From positions 24,193 to 88,192 of the forward strand of contig CATVRV010000001.1 in assembly GCA_958346515.1 (NCBI GenBank): a stretch of 64,000 nucleotides of DNA, in the 5' to 3' direction. This DNA comes from an uncultured Collinsella sp. GTDB taxonomy: Bacteria; Actinomycetota; Coriobacteriia; Coriobacteriales; Coriobacteriaceae. Position 1 is the stretch's first letter. Each line of letters begins with the position of its first letter. Below are positions 1-8,521 of the stretch, one piece after another. Both the position numbers and the translations under genes were made by a program. Below the pieces are notes generated by a model, which had not been told where the DNA came from, ran no database searches, and saw nothing but the letters and a program-made list of their open reading frames with translations.

Positions 1-60
1 AAAGGCACCAGCCGCGACAGTCGTCACCAATGCAATCGCTGTTAAAATCTTATTCCTCAT
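1..60 (-). CDS. 5' end of an unidentified exported or membrane protein gene that runs off the window
   Basis: The reverse complement of 1-60 reads ATG..., giving MRNKILTAIALVTTVAAGAF, a signal-peptide-like N-terminus. Its start at 58-60 overlaps the parB stop at 50-52. Only 20 codons are visible. Confidence 0.3.
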   Translation of the reverse strand, partial: MRNKILTAIALVTTVAAGAF

Positions 61-955
61 CTTGGCCTCCTTGATCAAACTGAATCATTTCGCCAAGAAT
101 ACGAGAGAGCTCTTCCTCGTCTTTAAACTCAATCTCAATCTTATTCTTTCCACGCGAGCTCTTCACACGCACGTTGGTATTAAATACCTGACGAAGCACA
201 CGGGCAGCCTTTTTAAAGGACTGAGGCGTTGCAGGCCTTGGCGTCTTAGGTGTCTCTCCGGCAGAAAACAACGGAGCAAGATTTTCTGTCGCTCTTACGG
301 AAAGGCCCTCTGTAACAACTTTCTCTGCAAGTCGAATACGCGCGTCCTCATAGGGAACTGCAAGAATCGCACGTGCATGACCAGCAGTAAGTTTGCCCTC
401 AAAAATCATCTGCTGAACTACTTCGGGGAGATCGAGAAGACGCAGCGAGTTTGTAATTGCAGAGCGTGACTTGCTTACTGCCTTCGACAATGCCTCCTGG
501 GTCATCCCGCTGGCATCAATGAGTTGGCGATAGCCCTTAGCCTCTTCGACGGGATTCAGATCAGAACGCTGAAGGTTTTCGATAAGAGCAAGAGCCAGCA
601 TCTCTTCATCATTTACCTCTTTAATGATGACTGGCAATTCTTCAAGGCCAGCAAGCTTTGAAGCTTGGTAACGCCGCTCACCAGCAATGATCTCATAGCC
701 GTTTCCATGCTTGCGAACCAAAAGCGGCTGCAAAACGCCGTGCTCTTGGATTGACTCGCTTAACTCGCGAAGTTCAGTTTCGTTAAAATGAATTCGTGGC
801 TGATTAGAGTTGGGAACGATATCCTCAATAGGTAGTTTTGTTTCAGATGCGGCATTTGAAGCCGATGCAGCCGAACCGCCGGTCTCATACTCGGCCTCTG
901 AGACCAAAGCATTGAGTCCACGTCCCAATCCGCCACGTTTCTTTACACTAGGCAC
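50..955 (-). CDS. parB: Chromosome partitioning protein ParB/Spo0J
   Basis: 301-aa ORF with an N-terminal GLGRGLNALV box and a ParB core (LQPLLVRK..GYEIIAGERRYQASKLAG). It has a GTG start, overlaps the parA stop by 8 nt, and has parS sites upstream of the operon. Confidence 0.95.
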   Translation of the reverse strand: MPSVKKRGGLGRGLNALVSEAEYETGGSAASASNAASETKLPIEDIVPNSNQPRIHFNETELRELSESIQEHGVLQPLLVRKHGNGYEIIAGERRYQASKLAGLEELPVIIKEVNDEEMLALALIENLQRSDLNPVEEAKGYRQLIDASGMTQEALSKAVSKSRSAITNSLRLLDLPEVVQQMIFEGKLTAGHARAILAVPYEDARIRLAEKVVTEGLSVRATENLAPLFSAGETPKTPRPATPQSFKKAARVLRQVFNTNVRVKSSRGKNKIEIEFKDEEELSRILGEMIQFDQGGQDEE

Positions 956-1748
956 GCTTGATCACCTCTTTTGCAAGGTTCATATATGCTTTTGCACCCT
1001 TATTTTGAGGTGCATAGGTAATTACCGGTTCTCCAAAAGACGGAGCTTCGGAGATTTTAACCGTACGGGGGATTAGCGTCTTAAACGCCTTATCACCAAA
1101 GTACGATTGAACCTCCTCAACAACCTGATTTGATAGTGAAGTACGCGAGTCATACATGGTCATAAGCACACCATAGGTGTCTAAGCCCTTGTTCAGCCGT
1201 GATTTGACCATCTTCATTGACTCAAGCAGCTTCGTAACGCCCTCGAGTGCGTAATATTCGCACTGGATCGGAATCAAAACGCTGTCTGCTGCGGTCAAAG
1301 CGTTGATAGTAAGCAGGCCGAGCGAAGGAGGACAGTCAATGAAAATAAAGTCAAACTCGTCCTGAATCGGCTCAAGCAAATCTTTGAGGCGGGTTTCACG
1401 AGCAATTGCGCTTACGAGCTCAATTTCCGCGCCTGCAAGTTGAATTGTAGCCGGAATAACGAATACCTTTTTACAATTTGTATCAAGAACAAGCGATTCT
1501 GCCGGCACATCATTCAACAATGCATCATAGATGCAGTGATCAAGGTCTTCTTTTTCAATTCCGAATCCACTGGTGCTGTTTCCCTGCGGATCAAAATCGA
1601 CAATCAGTGTCTTACGACCCTGCTCACCCAGTGCTGCTGCAAGGTTTACAGCCGTCGTTGACTTACCGACGCCGCCTTTTTGATTGATGATTGCAATGAT
1701 ACGCGTGTCTTTTGCGCTCTTAGAACGCTTAACGTCGCGAAATCCCAC
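948..1748 (-). CDS. parA: Chromosome partitioning ATPase ParA/Soj
   Basis: 266-aa ORF with the deviant Walker A motif NQKGGVGKSTT and overall ParA/MinD-like sequence. GTG start preceded by AGGAGGG. Confidence 0.95.
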   Translation of the reverse strand: MGFRDVKRSKSAKDTRIIAIINQKGGVGKSTTAVNLAAALGEQGRKTLIVDFDPQGNSTSGFGIEKEDLDHCIYDALLNDVPAESLVLDTNCKKVFVIPATIQLAGAEIELVSAIARETRLKDLLEPIQDEFDFIFIDCPPSLGLLTINALTAADSVLIPIQCEYYALEGVTKLLESMKMVKSRLNKGLDTYGVLMTMYDSRTSLSNQVVEEVQSYFGDKAFKTLIPRTVKISEAPSFGEPVITYAPQNKGAKAYMNLAKEVIKRA

Positions 1749-1787
1749 GGTCCCTCCTGGTGTGTATTAAAGCTGTCAAACGGAGGA

Positions 1788-1803
1788 TGTTTCACGTGAA
1801 ACA
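1788..1803. promoter_or_regulatory. parS centromere site 1 (TGTTTCACGTGAAACA)
   Basis: Perfect 16-bp palindrome identical to the canonical parS consensus, in the parA-rsmG intergenic region. Confidence 0.9.
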
Positions 1804-1826
1804 TTCCGAATCGATATCAACCGCCA

Positions 1827-1842
1827 TGTTTCACGTGAAACA
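1827..1842. promoter_or_regulatory. parS centromere site 2 (TGTTTCACGTGAAACA)
   Basis: Identical 16-mer, 39 bp downstream of site 1. Confidence 0.9.
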
Positions 1843-1865
1843 CTGCAAGTTGTTAGTATCCATTA

Positions 1866-1881
1866 TGTTTCACGTGAAACA
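1866..1881. promoter_or_regulatory. parS centromere site 3 (TGTTTCACGTGAAACA)
   Basis: Identical 16-mer, 39 bp downstream of site 2. It ends 2 nt before the rsmG stop codon. Confidence 0.9.
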
Positions 1882-1882
1882 T

Positions 1883-2668
1883 CTAGGCAAGCGGATTCTT
1901 CTTTGCCACGCCATTTGCACGAGGCAATGAAACGGATGCTGAATGACTCTTCTTAAAAACAATGAACTCCCTGTGACCCAAGCCTTCAGGCAAATCAATT
2001 GCGTCATTCAGAAGCAAAGTGAAGCCGCAAATCTTAGCTGCTGACATGCCGGAAGCAAGCTCCTCATCCGAAGGATTGCCCTTGGTTATAACAAATAGCC
2101 CTCCATCCTTCAGATACGGAGCCGCATACTCAACAAGAATCGGTAGAGGGGCCAGTGCGCGGGCGGTTACAACGGAGAACTGCTTCTTATGGCTTCGAGC
2201 ATATTCTTCAAGACGATCATGAACCGCATGAGCATGTTTCAATCCAAGAGCATGGACAAAGGAATTAACCGCATCAACCTTCTTGCCAACAGAGTCAATA
2301 TAAGTAGCTTTACGATGCGTGGTTATGGTTAATGGAATACCAGGGAAGCCCGCACCTGTTCCCATATCGAGCAAAGCTCCCTCAGGAGCCTTATTGATAT
2401 AGGGGAGCAAAACAAGTGAGTCGAGGATATGAAGTACGGCAGCATCTTCTACGTTAAGAATACGGGTGAGATTGGTTGTCTTATTTGTTTCTAGAACCAA
2501 ATCCAAATGCTGGATACATTTCCTCAGCTCAATATCAGTTACGCTCAAGGAATATTCTTTGCAATAGGAAGTTAGGCGACTCAACATCTCGTCAGCCTGC
2601 TGATCGGTAAGTACAAACAACAGAAGCTCCTTTCTGACAAAAATCAGCGTATCGAGAACTTTTGACAA
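1883..2668 (-). CDS. rsmG: 16S rRNA (guanine527-N7)-methyltransferase RsmG/GidB
   Basis: 261-aa ORF with the SAM-binding motif LLDMGTGAGFPGIPL and the conserved position next to parAB. Confidence 0.9.
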   Translation of the reverse strand: MSKVLDTLIFVRKELLLFVLTDQQADEMLSRLTSYCKEYSLSVTDIELRKCIQHLDLVLETNKTTNLTRILNVEDAAVLHILDSLVLLPYINKAPEGALLDMGTGAGFPGIPLTITTHRKATYIDSVGKKVDAVNSFVHALGLKHAHAVHDRLEEYARSHKKQFSVVTARALAPLPILVEYAAPYLKDGGLFVITKGNPSDEELASGMSAAKICGFTLLLNDAIDLPEGLGHREFIVFKKSHSASVSLPRANGVAKKNPLA

Positions 2669-2716
2669 AAAAAGGGGACGTGGAAACCACGTCCCCCTAG
2701 CATAAGCTCGAGTAGA

Positions 2717-3298
2717 TTATCGAGCAACAATCACCACATGGCGATCAGGGTCAGAACCCTCAGAATGAGTATCGACTGCATCGTTGCCACGAAGTGCAAT
2801 GTGAACCAGTCGGCGCTCGTAGGCATTCATGGGCGGAAGCGAAACACTCTTATGAGTGCGGACGGCACGCTCGGCAGCAGACTGAGCCATGGAGGCGACC
2901 TTATCCTGACGGCGACTCTTGTATCCCTCGACGTCCACTACAACCGGATACCTAAAGCCAAGCTTGCGGCTCACCAGCAAAGAGAACATAACCTGAAGAG
3001 CATCAAGAGTGCGACCATGACGGCCAATGAGAACAGCAAGGTCGGGAGCCGTTACATCCAAAATCAGCTCACCCTCGTCGCCCTCATACTCATCGATAGG
3101 AGAGTTGGCGGCATCGAAGTGCGAAAGGATGGAACGCAGGATGGAAATCGCAACATCGGCAATGGTGTCGAGCTCCTCATCGGTCAGCTCTTCACCAGCC
3201 TTGTAGCGCTGCGCAATCTCGGGATAATCGCCCGCGACCTGCGGGGCAACCTCCTCAAGCATATCCTCGATGATCTCTTCAGACATAACGTACTCCAA
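2717..3298 (-). CDS. jag: Jag/KhpB-type RNA-binding protein (KH + R3H domains)
   Basis: 193-aa ORF with a C-terminal R3H-like segment (ERRLVHIAL...DTHSEGSDPDRHVVI), located immediately downstream of yidC as in most Gram-positives. Confidence 0.85.
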   Translation of the reverse strand: MEYVMSEEIIEDMLEEVAPQVAGDYPEIAQRYKAGEELTDEELDTIADVAISILRSILSHFDAANSPIDEYEGDEGELILDVTAPDLAVLIGRHGRTLDALQVMFSLLVSRKLGFRYPVVVDVEGYKSRRQDKVASMAQSAAERAVRTHKSVSLPPMNAYERRLVHIALRGNDAVDTHSEGSDPDRHVVIVAR

Positions 3299-3330
3299 AA
3301 GTTAGGTACCTAAATAAGATTGATATCCCA

Positions 3331-4101
3331 CTACTTCTTCTTGTGCGGGCGCGGCTTCTTCTCGCGACGAGTGACCTCAACCTGCAGCGGAGCGTTCTTA
3401 AGACGCTCCTCCTCATCGGCCTTCGCCTTGTCGATGACCTTCTGCGTCACAAAAATCTGCTGGATAACCTGCCAAGCAGACGAGACGTCGTAGTACAGCA
3501 GAACACCAACGGGAAGGCTCCAGCCCATCCAAAGCATCATGACCGTCATGACAACGGCCATCATACGCATGCTCTGAGCCTGCTGGCCGGTCTGGTTGCG
3601 CGACATATAGAGCTGCGGAATCAGGGTCAGGACGGCAAACAAGATCAGGCAAACCAGCGCAGGCAGTGCAACCATAAAGCCATCGGCAAAGGAAGCGCTC
3701 GGCGTGGTGGTCAGGTCGGGCAGGATGTTGAAGAACGAGAACGTGCCGTCGTTAAAGTACTGCGGCAGGTTGCGCAGCAATGTAAACAGGGCGAACAGGA
3801 TAGGCATCTGAATCAGCAGCGGCAGACAGCCAGCCATGGGGTTGAACTTGTTCTCGCTGTAGAACTTCTGCATCTCCTCGGCCTGACGCTGGGGATCGTC
3901 GGCATAGCGCTCCTGGATCTCGAGCATCTTGGGCTGCAGCACCTGCATGCGAGCCGTCGACTTGGTCGACTTGAGCATAAGCGGCGTCAGCAGCAGACGG
4001 ATGATGACCACCAGGATGATGATGGACAGGCCCCAGTCGACCGCAAAGGTCTGGATGAGCTTGAGCAGCTCGAAAAGGATGTTAACGATCCAATCCCACA
4101 T
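3331..4101 (-). CDS. yidC: Membrane protein insertase YidC/Oxa1 family
   Basis: 256-aa polytopic ORF with the characteristic NPMAGCLPLLIQMPILFALF segment and a basic C-terminal tail. Confidence 0.9.
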   Translation of the reverse strand: MWDWIVNILFELLKLIQTFAVDWGLSIIILVVIIRLLLTPLMLKSTKSTARMQVLQPKMLEIQERYADDPQRQAEEMQKFYSENKFNPMAGCLPLLIQMPILFALFTLLRNLPQYFNDGTFSFFNILPDLTTTPSASFADGFMVALPALVCLILFAVLTLIPQLYMSRNQTGQQAQSMRMMAVVMTVMMLWMGWSLPVGVLLYYDVSSAWQVIQQIFVTQKVIDKAKADEEERLKNAPLQVEVTRREKKPRPHKKK

Positions 4102-4130
4102 GTAAGTTTTCCTCCGATAGCGAGTGCCCG

Positions 4131-4355
4131 CTAGGGCACAGGGTCATAACCGCCGACGTGCAGGGGATTGCAGCGAGCGATGCGCCTCACGGCAAGCCAG
4201 CAGCCTCTCAAAACACCGTGCTTCTCAATCGCCTGGATGGCGTATTGCGAGCACGTTGGGTAATAAATGCAGGCGTCAGGCAATAAGGGCGAAATAACCT
4301 GTTGATATATGCGAATAGGAGCGATGGCAACACGTCGCAAAACGTGATTGCTCAT
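4131..4355 (-). CDS. yidD: Membrane protein insertion efficiency factor YidD
   Basis: 74-aa ORF with the YQ..ISP......C.Y.PTCS.Y motif ([24 protein letters not shown]). Confidence 0.9.
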   Translation of the reverse strand: MSNHVLRRVAIAPIRIYQQVISPLLPDACIYYPTCSQYAIQAIEKHGVLRGCWLAVRRIARCNPLHVGGYDPVP

Positions 4356-4690
4356 CGCTCCTCCCTGGCAACGCCGGCGCGCTTCATAAGCGAACGCAAC
4401 GCCTTGTCCATCTCCTGCGGCGAGGAAACCCTCGTCTTGGGAGTTGCAAACAAGATGATGTCATAACCCGCAACGGGAAATCCGCAGCTGCGGGCGGCCT
4501 CGCGCATCACACGCTTAGATCGGTTGCGCACGACGGCACAACCGAGTCGCTTAGCACCAACGAAGGCGACCCTTCCGGAGTCGCCTTCGCCAACCGATTC
4601 ACATATGGTCATTCGAATCAGAGGGTGATTGAAACGACGCCCCTGACTGAACACATGCTCGAAATCTTGCCGAGACTTAATAGTCTTCAT
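4352..4690 (-). CDS. rnpA: Ribonuclease P protein component
   Basis: 112-aa basic ORF between rpmH and yidD, with 4-nt stop/start overlap with yidD and an RNR-type motif ([13 protein letters not shown]). Confidence 0.9.
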   Translation of the reverse strand: MKTIKSRQDFEHVFSQGRRFNHPLIRMTICESVGEGDSGRVAFVGAKRLGCAVVRNRSKRVMREAARSCGFPVAGYDIILFATPKTRVSSPQEMDKALRSLMKRAGVAREER

Positions 4691-4710
4691 GCGAGATGTG
4701 TGTATCGCTG

Positions 4711-4845
4711 CTAGACAGTGAGACGCTTGCGGCCCTTGGCGCGACGACGGGCGAGCACGGCACGACCACCCTTAGTGGCCATACGGGCACGGAAGCCATG
4801 GGTCTTGGCACGCTTACGCTTATTAGGCTGATACGTACGCTTCAT
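4711..4845 (-). CDS. rpmH: 50S ribosomal protein L34
   Basis: [22 protein letters not shown]... is the universal L34 sequence. I trimmed the ORF-track start (4905) to the internal ATG at 4843-4845, which is preceded by GGAGGAAC. Confidence 0.95.
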   Translation of the reverse strand: MKRTYQPNKRKRAKTHGFRARMATKGGRAVLARRRAKGRKRLTV

Positions 4846-5039
4846 CTTAAGTTCCTCCTGCTGCATTTCGAGTGTCCGCGGGGACGCGGACGCAGATATA
4901 GACACGTGAGCTTGAAGATTGTAGGGAAATCAATGTTCAAATGTCAAGAAATCAAAGGTAAAAGGTTGCGCAGTTCACACGGTTCCCCCATAAGCACAAC
5001 CGAAATTTGCGCCTCATGGCAACCTTTCACGATATTTCA

Positions 5040-5130
5040 TCGAGTTTTCAACAGGTCATGTTGGCAATGTTGAGAACTTTTCACCCGTTTTCCAGAGTTT
5101 TCAACAAGTTTTGAAAAGTTGTCGAAAGAT
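5040..5130. promoter_or_regulatory. oriC-associated cluster of DnaA-box-like 9-mers (left cluster)
   Basis: TTTTCAACA occurs at 5045-5053 and 5098-5106, TTTTCACCC at 5078-5086, TTTTCCAGA at 5088-5096 and TTGTCGAAA at 5119-5127. All are 1-3 mismatches from TTATCCACA and lie in the rpmH-proximal intergenic region. Confidence 0.5.
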
Positions 5131-5190
5131 GAGAAACGTTGCACGGTGAGCTACTATTTGTTCGAAACCTTTTGAAAGATTGCGAGCGGC

Positions 5191-6543
5191 ATGTCTGACG
5201 ACTTTTACACCATGGTCGATTCCGGAGACCCGGCACCCGACAACGAGCACATCACCGGCGTGCGCAAAGAGCGTGCGGAAGGCGAGCAGACGACCACGCA
5301 GGCGCCAAAAGCCATGTACGCCGCGCGCATCGCCGTCTATGACGACATGCTGTCGACACCGCGGGTGATCGTCATTGATCCGCAAGATGTCCGCACGTAT
5401 TTGGAAGAGACGACCAACACCGTCTACCAGTGCATGAAAGAACAAGGTGGCCATATCTCGCTCATGGTCATCCGCGAGATTGTCGAAAACTTTATCCACG
5501 CACACTTTGCCGAGCCCATCATCTCAATTCTGGACGGCGGAGACACCATCCGCTTTGCTGACCAAGGACCCGGCATCGACGACAAGGAACGTGCTTTCGA
5601 CTTTGGCGTTACCAGCGCAAACAGCAAGATGAAGCGCTATATCCGTGGAACCGGAGCAGGGTTTCCCATGGTGCAGGAGTATTTGGAAAACGCCGGCGGT
5701 GCCGTATCCATCGAGGACAACATGGGCAACGGCACCGTGGTTACGGTAAGCCTGAACCCTAAACGCGTGCAGGAAATCGAGCGTGCCGGCGGACGCGGCG
5801 CTGCCGTGCGGCCCGAGACGGAGCAGCCCACATATCCCCTGCCGGGAGCTTTTGCGCAGCAGCCCGTGGCAACGCAGCAGATGCAGCCCCCCGTGGGACA
5901 GATGCAGCAGCCCGGAATGCTTCCCACACAAGAACCCCAGGCGGCATCTATGTCGATGCCGCCAAACATGCCAGAGGCCATGCCGCTGGCTGATCAGGAT
6001 GCAGCAGCAATGCAGCAGGCGACGGGGACGCCGGGTGGCCAGCAAATGGGCTATCAGCCGTACCAACAGGGATATCCATATCAGCAGATGCCGCAGCTGG
6101 GGTACGGCCAGCAGTTCCCGCAGCAGTACCAGCAGGGATATCAGCAGCCGTACCAGCAGATGCCGCAGCAGCAGTACAACCCCTGGGCCCAGCAGATGCC
6201 TCCGCAGCCTTACCAACAGTGGCCTCAAAGTTTTCAACAGCAAATGCCGCCGATGCAGAGTTCTCAACAACCAGCAGCTCAAATGATGTATCCTAATGCA
6301 GCAAATCAGTATGCGCAGCCACAACCGGACGTGTTCGTAAGCGATCGCGGCAACGCCGCGCTGGGCTATCTAGCGCAAAATCAAGCGTGCGGTGCAACCG
6401 ATCTGGCGAGGGCGTTTGGAAACTCGGCCCCCACTTGGTCACGCACGCTCAATGACTTGGCGCAGGCCGGCTTGGTCATCAAGCATGGCCAGAAATACCA
6501 TCTGACCGAACTCGGCGCCGCTCGCGTGCGAGCTCAGAGCTAA
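5191..6543 (+). CDS. Stand-alone GHKL (HATPase_c-like) ATPase/kinase fused to a long Q/P/Y-rich low-complexity region and a C-terminal winged-helix DNA-binding domain
   Basis: 450-aa ORF. It has an N box IREIVENFIHAH, a G1 box ADQGPGID and a G2 box IRGTGAGFPMVQEYLENAGG..GNGTVVTVSL. Residues ~205-380 are Q/P/Y/M-rich. The C-terminus GATDLARAFGNSAPTWSRTLNDLAQAGLVIKHGQKYHLTELG looks like a wHTH. The SD sequence is weak, so the start is uncertain. Confidence 0.7.
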   Translation: MSDDFYTMVDSGDPAPDNEHITGVRKERAEGEQTTTQAPKAMYAARIAVYDDMLSTPRVIVIDPQDVRTYLEETTNTVYQCMKEQGGHISLMVIREIVENFIHAHFAEPIISILDGGDTIRFADQGPGIDDKERAFDFGVTSANSKMKRYIRGTGAGFPMVQEYLENAGGAVSIEDNMGNGTVVTVSLNPKRVQEIERAGGRGAAVRPETEQPTYPLPGAFAQQPVATQQMQPPVGQMQQPGMLPTQEPQAASMSMPPNMPEAMPLADQDAAAMQQATGTPGGQQMGYQPYQQGYPYQQMPQLGYGQQFPQQYQQGYQQPYQQMPQQQYNPWAQQMPPQPYQQWPQSFQQQMPPMQSSQQPAAQMMYPNAANQYAQPQPDVFVSDRGNAALGYLAQNQACGATDLARAFGNSAPTWSRTLNDLAQAGLVIKHGQKYHLTELGAARVRAQS

Positions 6544-6558
6544 AGAACGGGAGAGACA

Positions 6559-8283
6559 GTGGACGAGGAAGCAAGCATCATCCTGGGGGATGCCATCGCC
6601 TTTTGCCAGCGCGACGGCCAAGATGCACGCCTCATCAACATGCTGGGGCAATCGCGCGCCATAAGCCTGACCGAAGATACGCTCACGATCGAGGCCCCCT
6701 CGCGCTTTGCCATCGCGCAGCTCAAAAAGCATCAGCCGACTATTGAGGCCTATCTGGAAGAAATCGCCTTTGCACCGATTGCTCTCGACATCGTGGCACC
6801 GCAAGGCGCCGCGACGGAATCCGCTGCCGCCACGGCGCCCGCCACGGCTCCCGCTGCTTCCCCGGCGGTGCCGGCCTCCGCAGGCGATGTGCCGACAATC
6901 GAGCACCAGCACAGCGATGTTTCCCGTGAAACCATGGCACCGTTGCCGACCGCGGCGGCGACGCCAACGAACGCGCCCGTCACGCACATGCCCATCGCTC
7001 ACGACGCAGCGGCGGGCGCGGATTCGGGCATTGCAATCAAAAACACGCTCTCGGCCGACGATTTTCGTCGCATGATGAACCAGATGAAGGGCGGGGCGCC
7101 GACTAAATCCACGCAAGCCGCGACCCCCACCTCACCCATGCCAGCACCGACCGTGCCGGCCGAGCAGAATACGGATGGAGCCCCGCTCGCCGCGAACTCA
7201 AAATTTACCTTTGAGAACTTTGTCTACGGCCCCGAAAACAGCCATGCCTATCGCTCGGCACTCAAGTTTGCCGCCCTCGCGGACGAGCGCGGCACATGCA
7301 CATCACTGTTCATCTACGGCAAATCGGGCCTGGGCAAGACGCACCTGCTGCTTGCCATCAAAAACGAGCTCGCCGAGAAGTCACCCGAGATCAAGGTCAA
7401 GTATGCCAACTCCCAGGCATATCTGGACGACCTGATGACCGAGTTCGACCGTCAAAAGAAGAGCAACGCTCCCATCATGCAGGCGTACCACGGCGTGGAC
7501 GTGCTCATCATCGATGACATCCAAAACATCATCGGCAAGCGCGCGAGCGTGGACTACTTTTTCCAGCTCATGGACGAGTTCATCCGCAACAACAAGAAGG
7601 TCGTCATCGCGGCAGACCGCGCCCCCAAGGACCTAAGCATGGACGAGCGTCTGACCAGCCGCTTCAACGCCGGCATGCTCTGCCTGGTTGCAGAGCCCAG
7701 CTACGAGATGAAATACAAGATCTTGCAGCGCTATTACGAGAACACCATCGTCGCCGCCCCCGAGGCAGGCGACGACTCGCTGCTGGCGGCCTATGGGGGC
7801 GACGGTGGGCACCTGACCGACGAACACTTTAAACACATGGCCGAGGTCTCGGGCACCAACATCCGCGAACTCGAGAGCTTTTGCGAGCGCTGCGCCGGCG
7901 AGGCGGGTGACCGCGAGCGCGAGGGCGGGGAGCTCACCTTTGACGATATCGACGCCATCGCCAGCCAGTACTTCGACACATCGGCCAAAAAGATCAACGT
8001 CCAGACGGTTCAGTCCGTCATCGAAGAGCAGTACGGCGTGACACACGAGGAGCTCATCGGCCCGCGTCGCAACGCCAATATCGCCAAAGCACGCCATATC
8101 GCTATCTACCTGGCCATCGAGATGTGCGAAATGACGACCACGGCGGTGGGCGCCGAATTTGGCAACCGCAACCACTCGACCGTCAGCACGAGCTACAAAA
8201 AGGTCCAGAAGATGATCCAGGAAGACCGCACCGTCACCGAAGACCTCAAGTCACTGCGCGATAAAATTACACTGCGCTCGTAG
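6559..8283 (+). CDS. dnaA: Chromosomal replication initiator protein DnaA
   Basis: 574-aa ORF with a GTG start. It has the AAA+ Walker A motif GKSGLGKTHLL, Walker B LIIDDIQ, the sensor region and C-terminal domain IV (ARHIAIYL...GNRNHSTV). A long Ala/Pro/Thr linker follows domain I. Confidence 0.97.
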   Translation: MDEEASIILGDAIAFCQRDGQDARLINMLGQSRAISLTEDTLTIEAPSRFAIAQLKKHQPTIEAYLEEIAFAPIALDIVAPQGAATESAAATAPATAPAASPAVPASAGDVPTIEHQHSDVSRETMAPLPTAAATPTNAPVTHMPIAHDAAAGADSGIAIKNTLSADDFRRMMNQMKGGAPTKSTQAATPTSPMPAPTVPAEQNTDGAPLAANSKFTFENFVYGPENSHAYRSALKFAALADERGTCTSLFIYGKSGLGKTHLLLAIKNELAEKSPEIKVKYANSQAYLDDLMTEFDRQKKSNAPIMQAYHGVDVLIIDDIQNIIGKRASVDYFFQLMDEFIRNNKKVVIAADRAPKDLSMDERLTSRFNAGMLCLVAEPSYEMKYKILQRYYENTIVAAPEAGDDSLLAAYGGDGGHLTDEHFKHMAEVSGTNIRELESFCERCAGEAGDREREGGELTFDDIDAIASQYFDTSAKKINVQTVQSVIEEQYGVTHEELIGPRRNANIAKARHIAIYLAIEMCEMTTTAVGAEFGNRNHSTVSTSYKKVQKMIQEDRTVTEDLKSLRDKITLRS

Positions 8284-8294
8284 GGAAATAGAGA

Positions 8295-8520
8295 CACCTG
8301 TTGAAAACTTGTCGAAACCACGGGCATAAGGTGTTTAAAACCCAACCCGCGGTGATGAAAAGTTTTGCGCAGGTTTTGAACGTGGAAAACCACCCCCGTT
8401 GCACACAGGTTGCTGTCGATTCTCTTTCTGGGTCTGACCTGCGTCTTTGGGAGTAATCAACAGTTTCGTCAGTGCTATTACTATTATTAAGATATTTATA
8501 TCTATAGAAAGGTATTAAAA
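8295..8520. promoter_or_regulatory. oriC right cluster: DnaA-box-like 9-mers plus an AT-rich unwinding element upstream of dnaN
   Basis: TGTTGAAAA at 8299-8307 is the reverse complement of TTTTCAACA. TTGTCGAAA is at 8309-8317 and GTGGAAAAC at 8382-8390 (reverse complement GTTTTCCAC). A markedly AT-rich stretch follows at 8474-8520 (ctattactattattaagatatttatatctatagaaaggtattaaaa). Confidence 0.6.
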
Positions 8521-8521
8521 G

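Noticed and set aside
5524-6324. 266-aa Leu/Arg/His-rich minus-strand ORF inside the GHKL gene
   Set aside because: It is the complement of the CAG/CCG repeat tract (CTG = Leu). The plus-strand frame continues in phase into the recognisable GHKL and wHTH modules, so the plus strand is the coding one.
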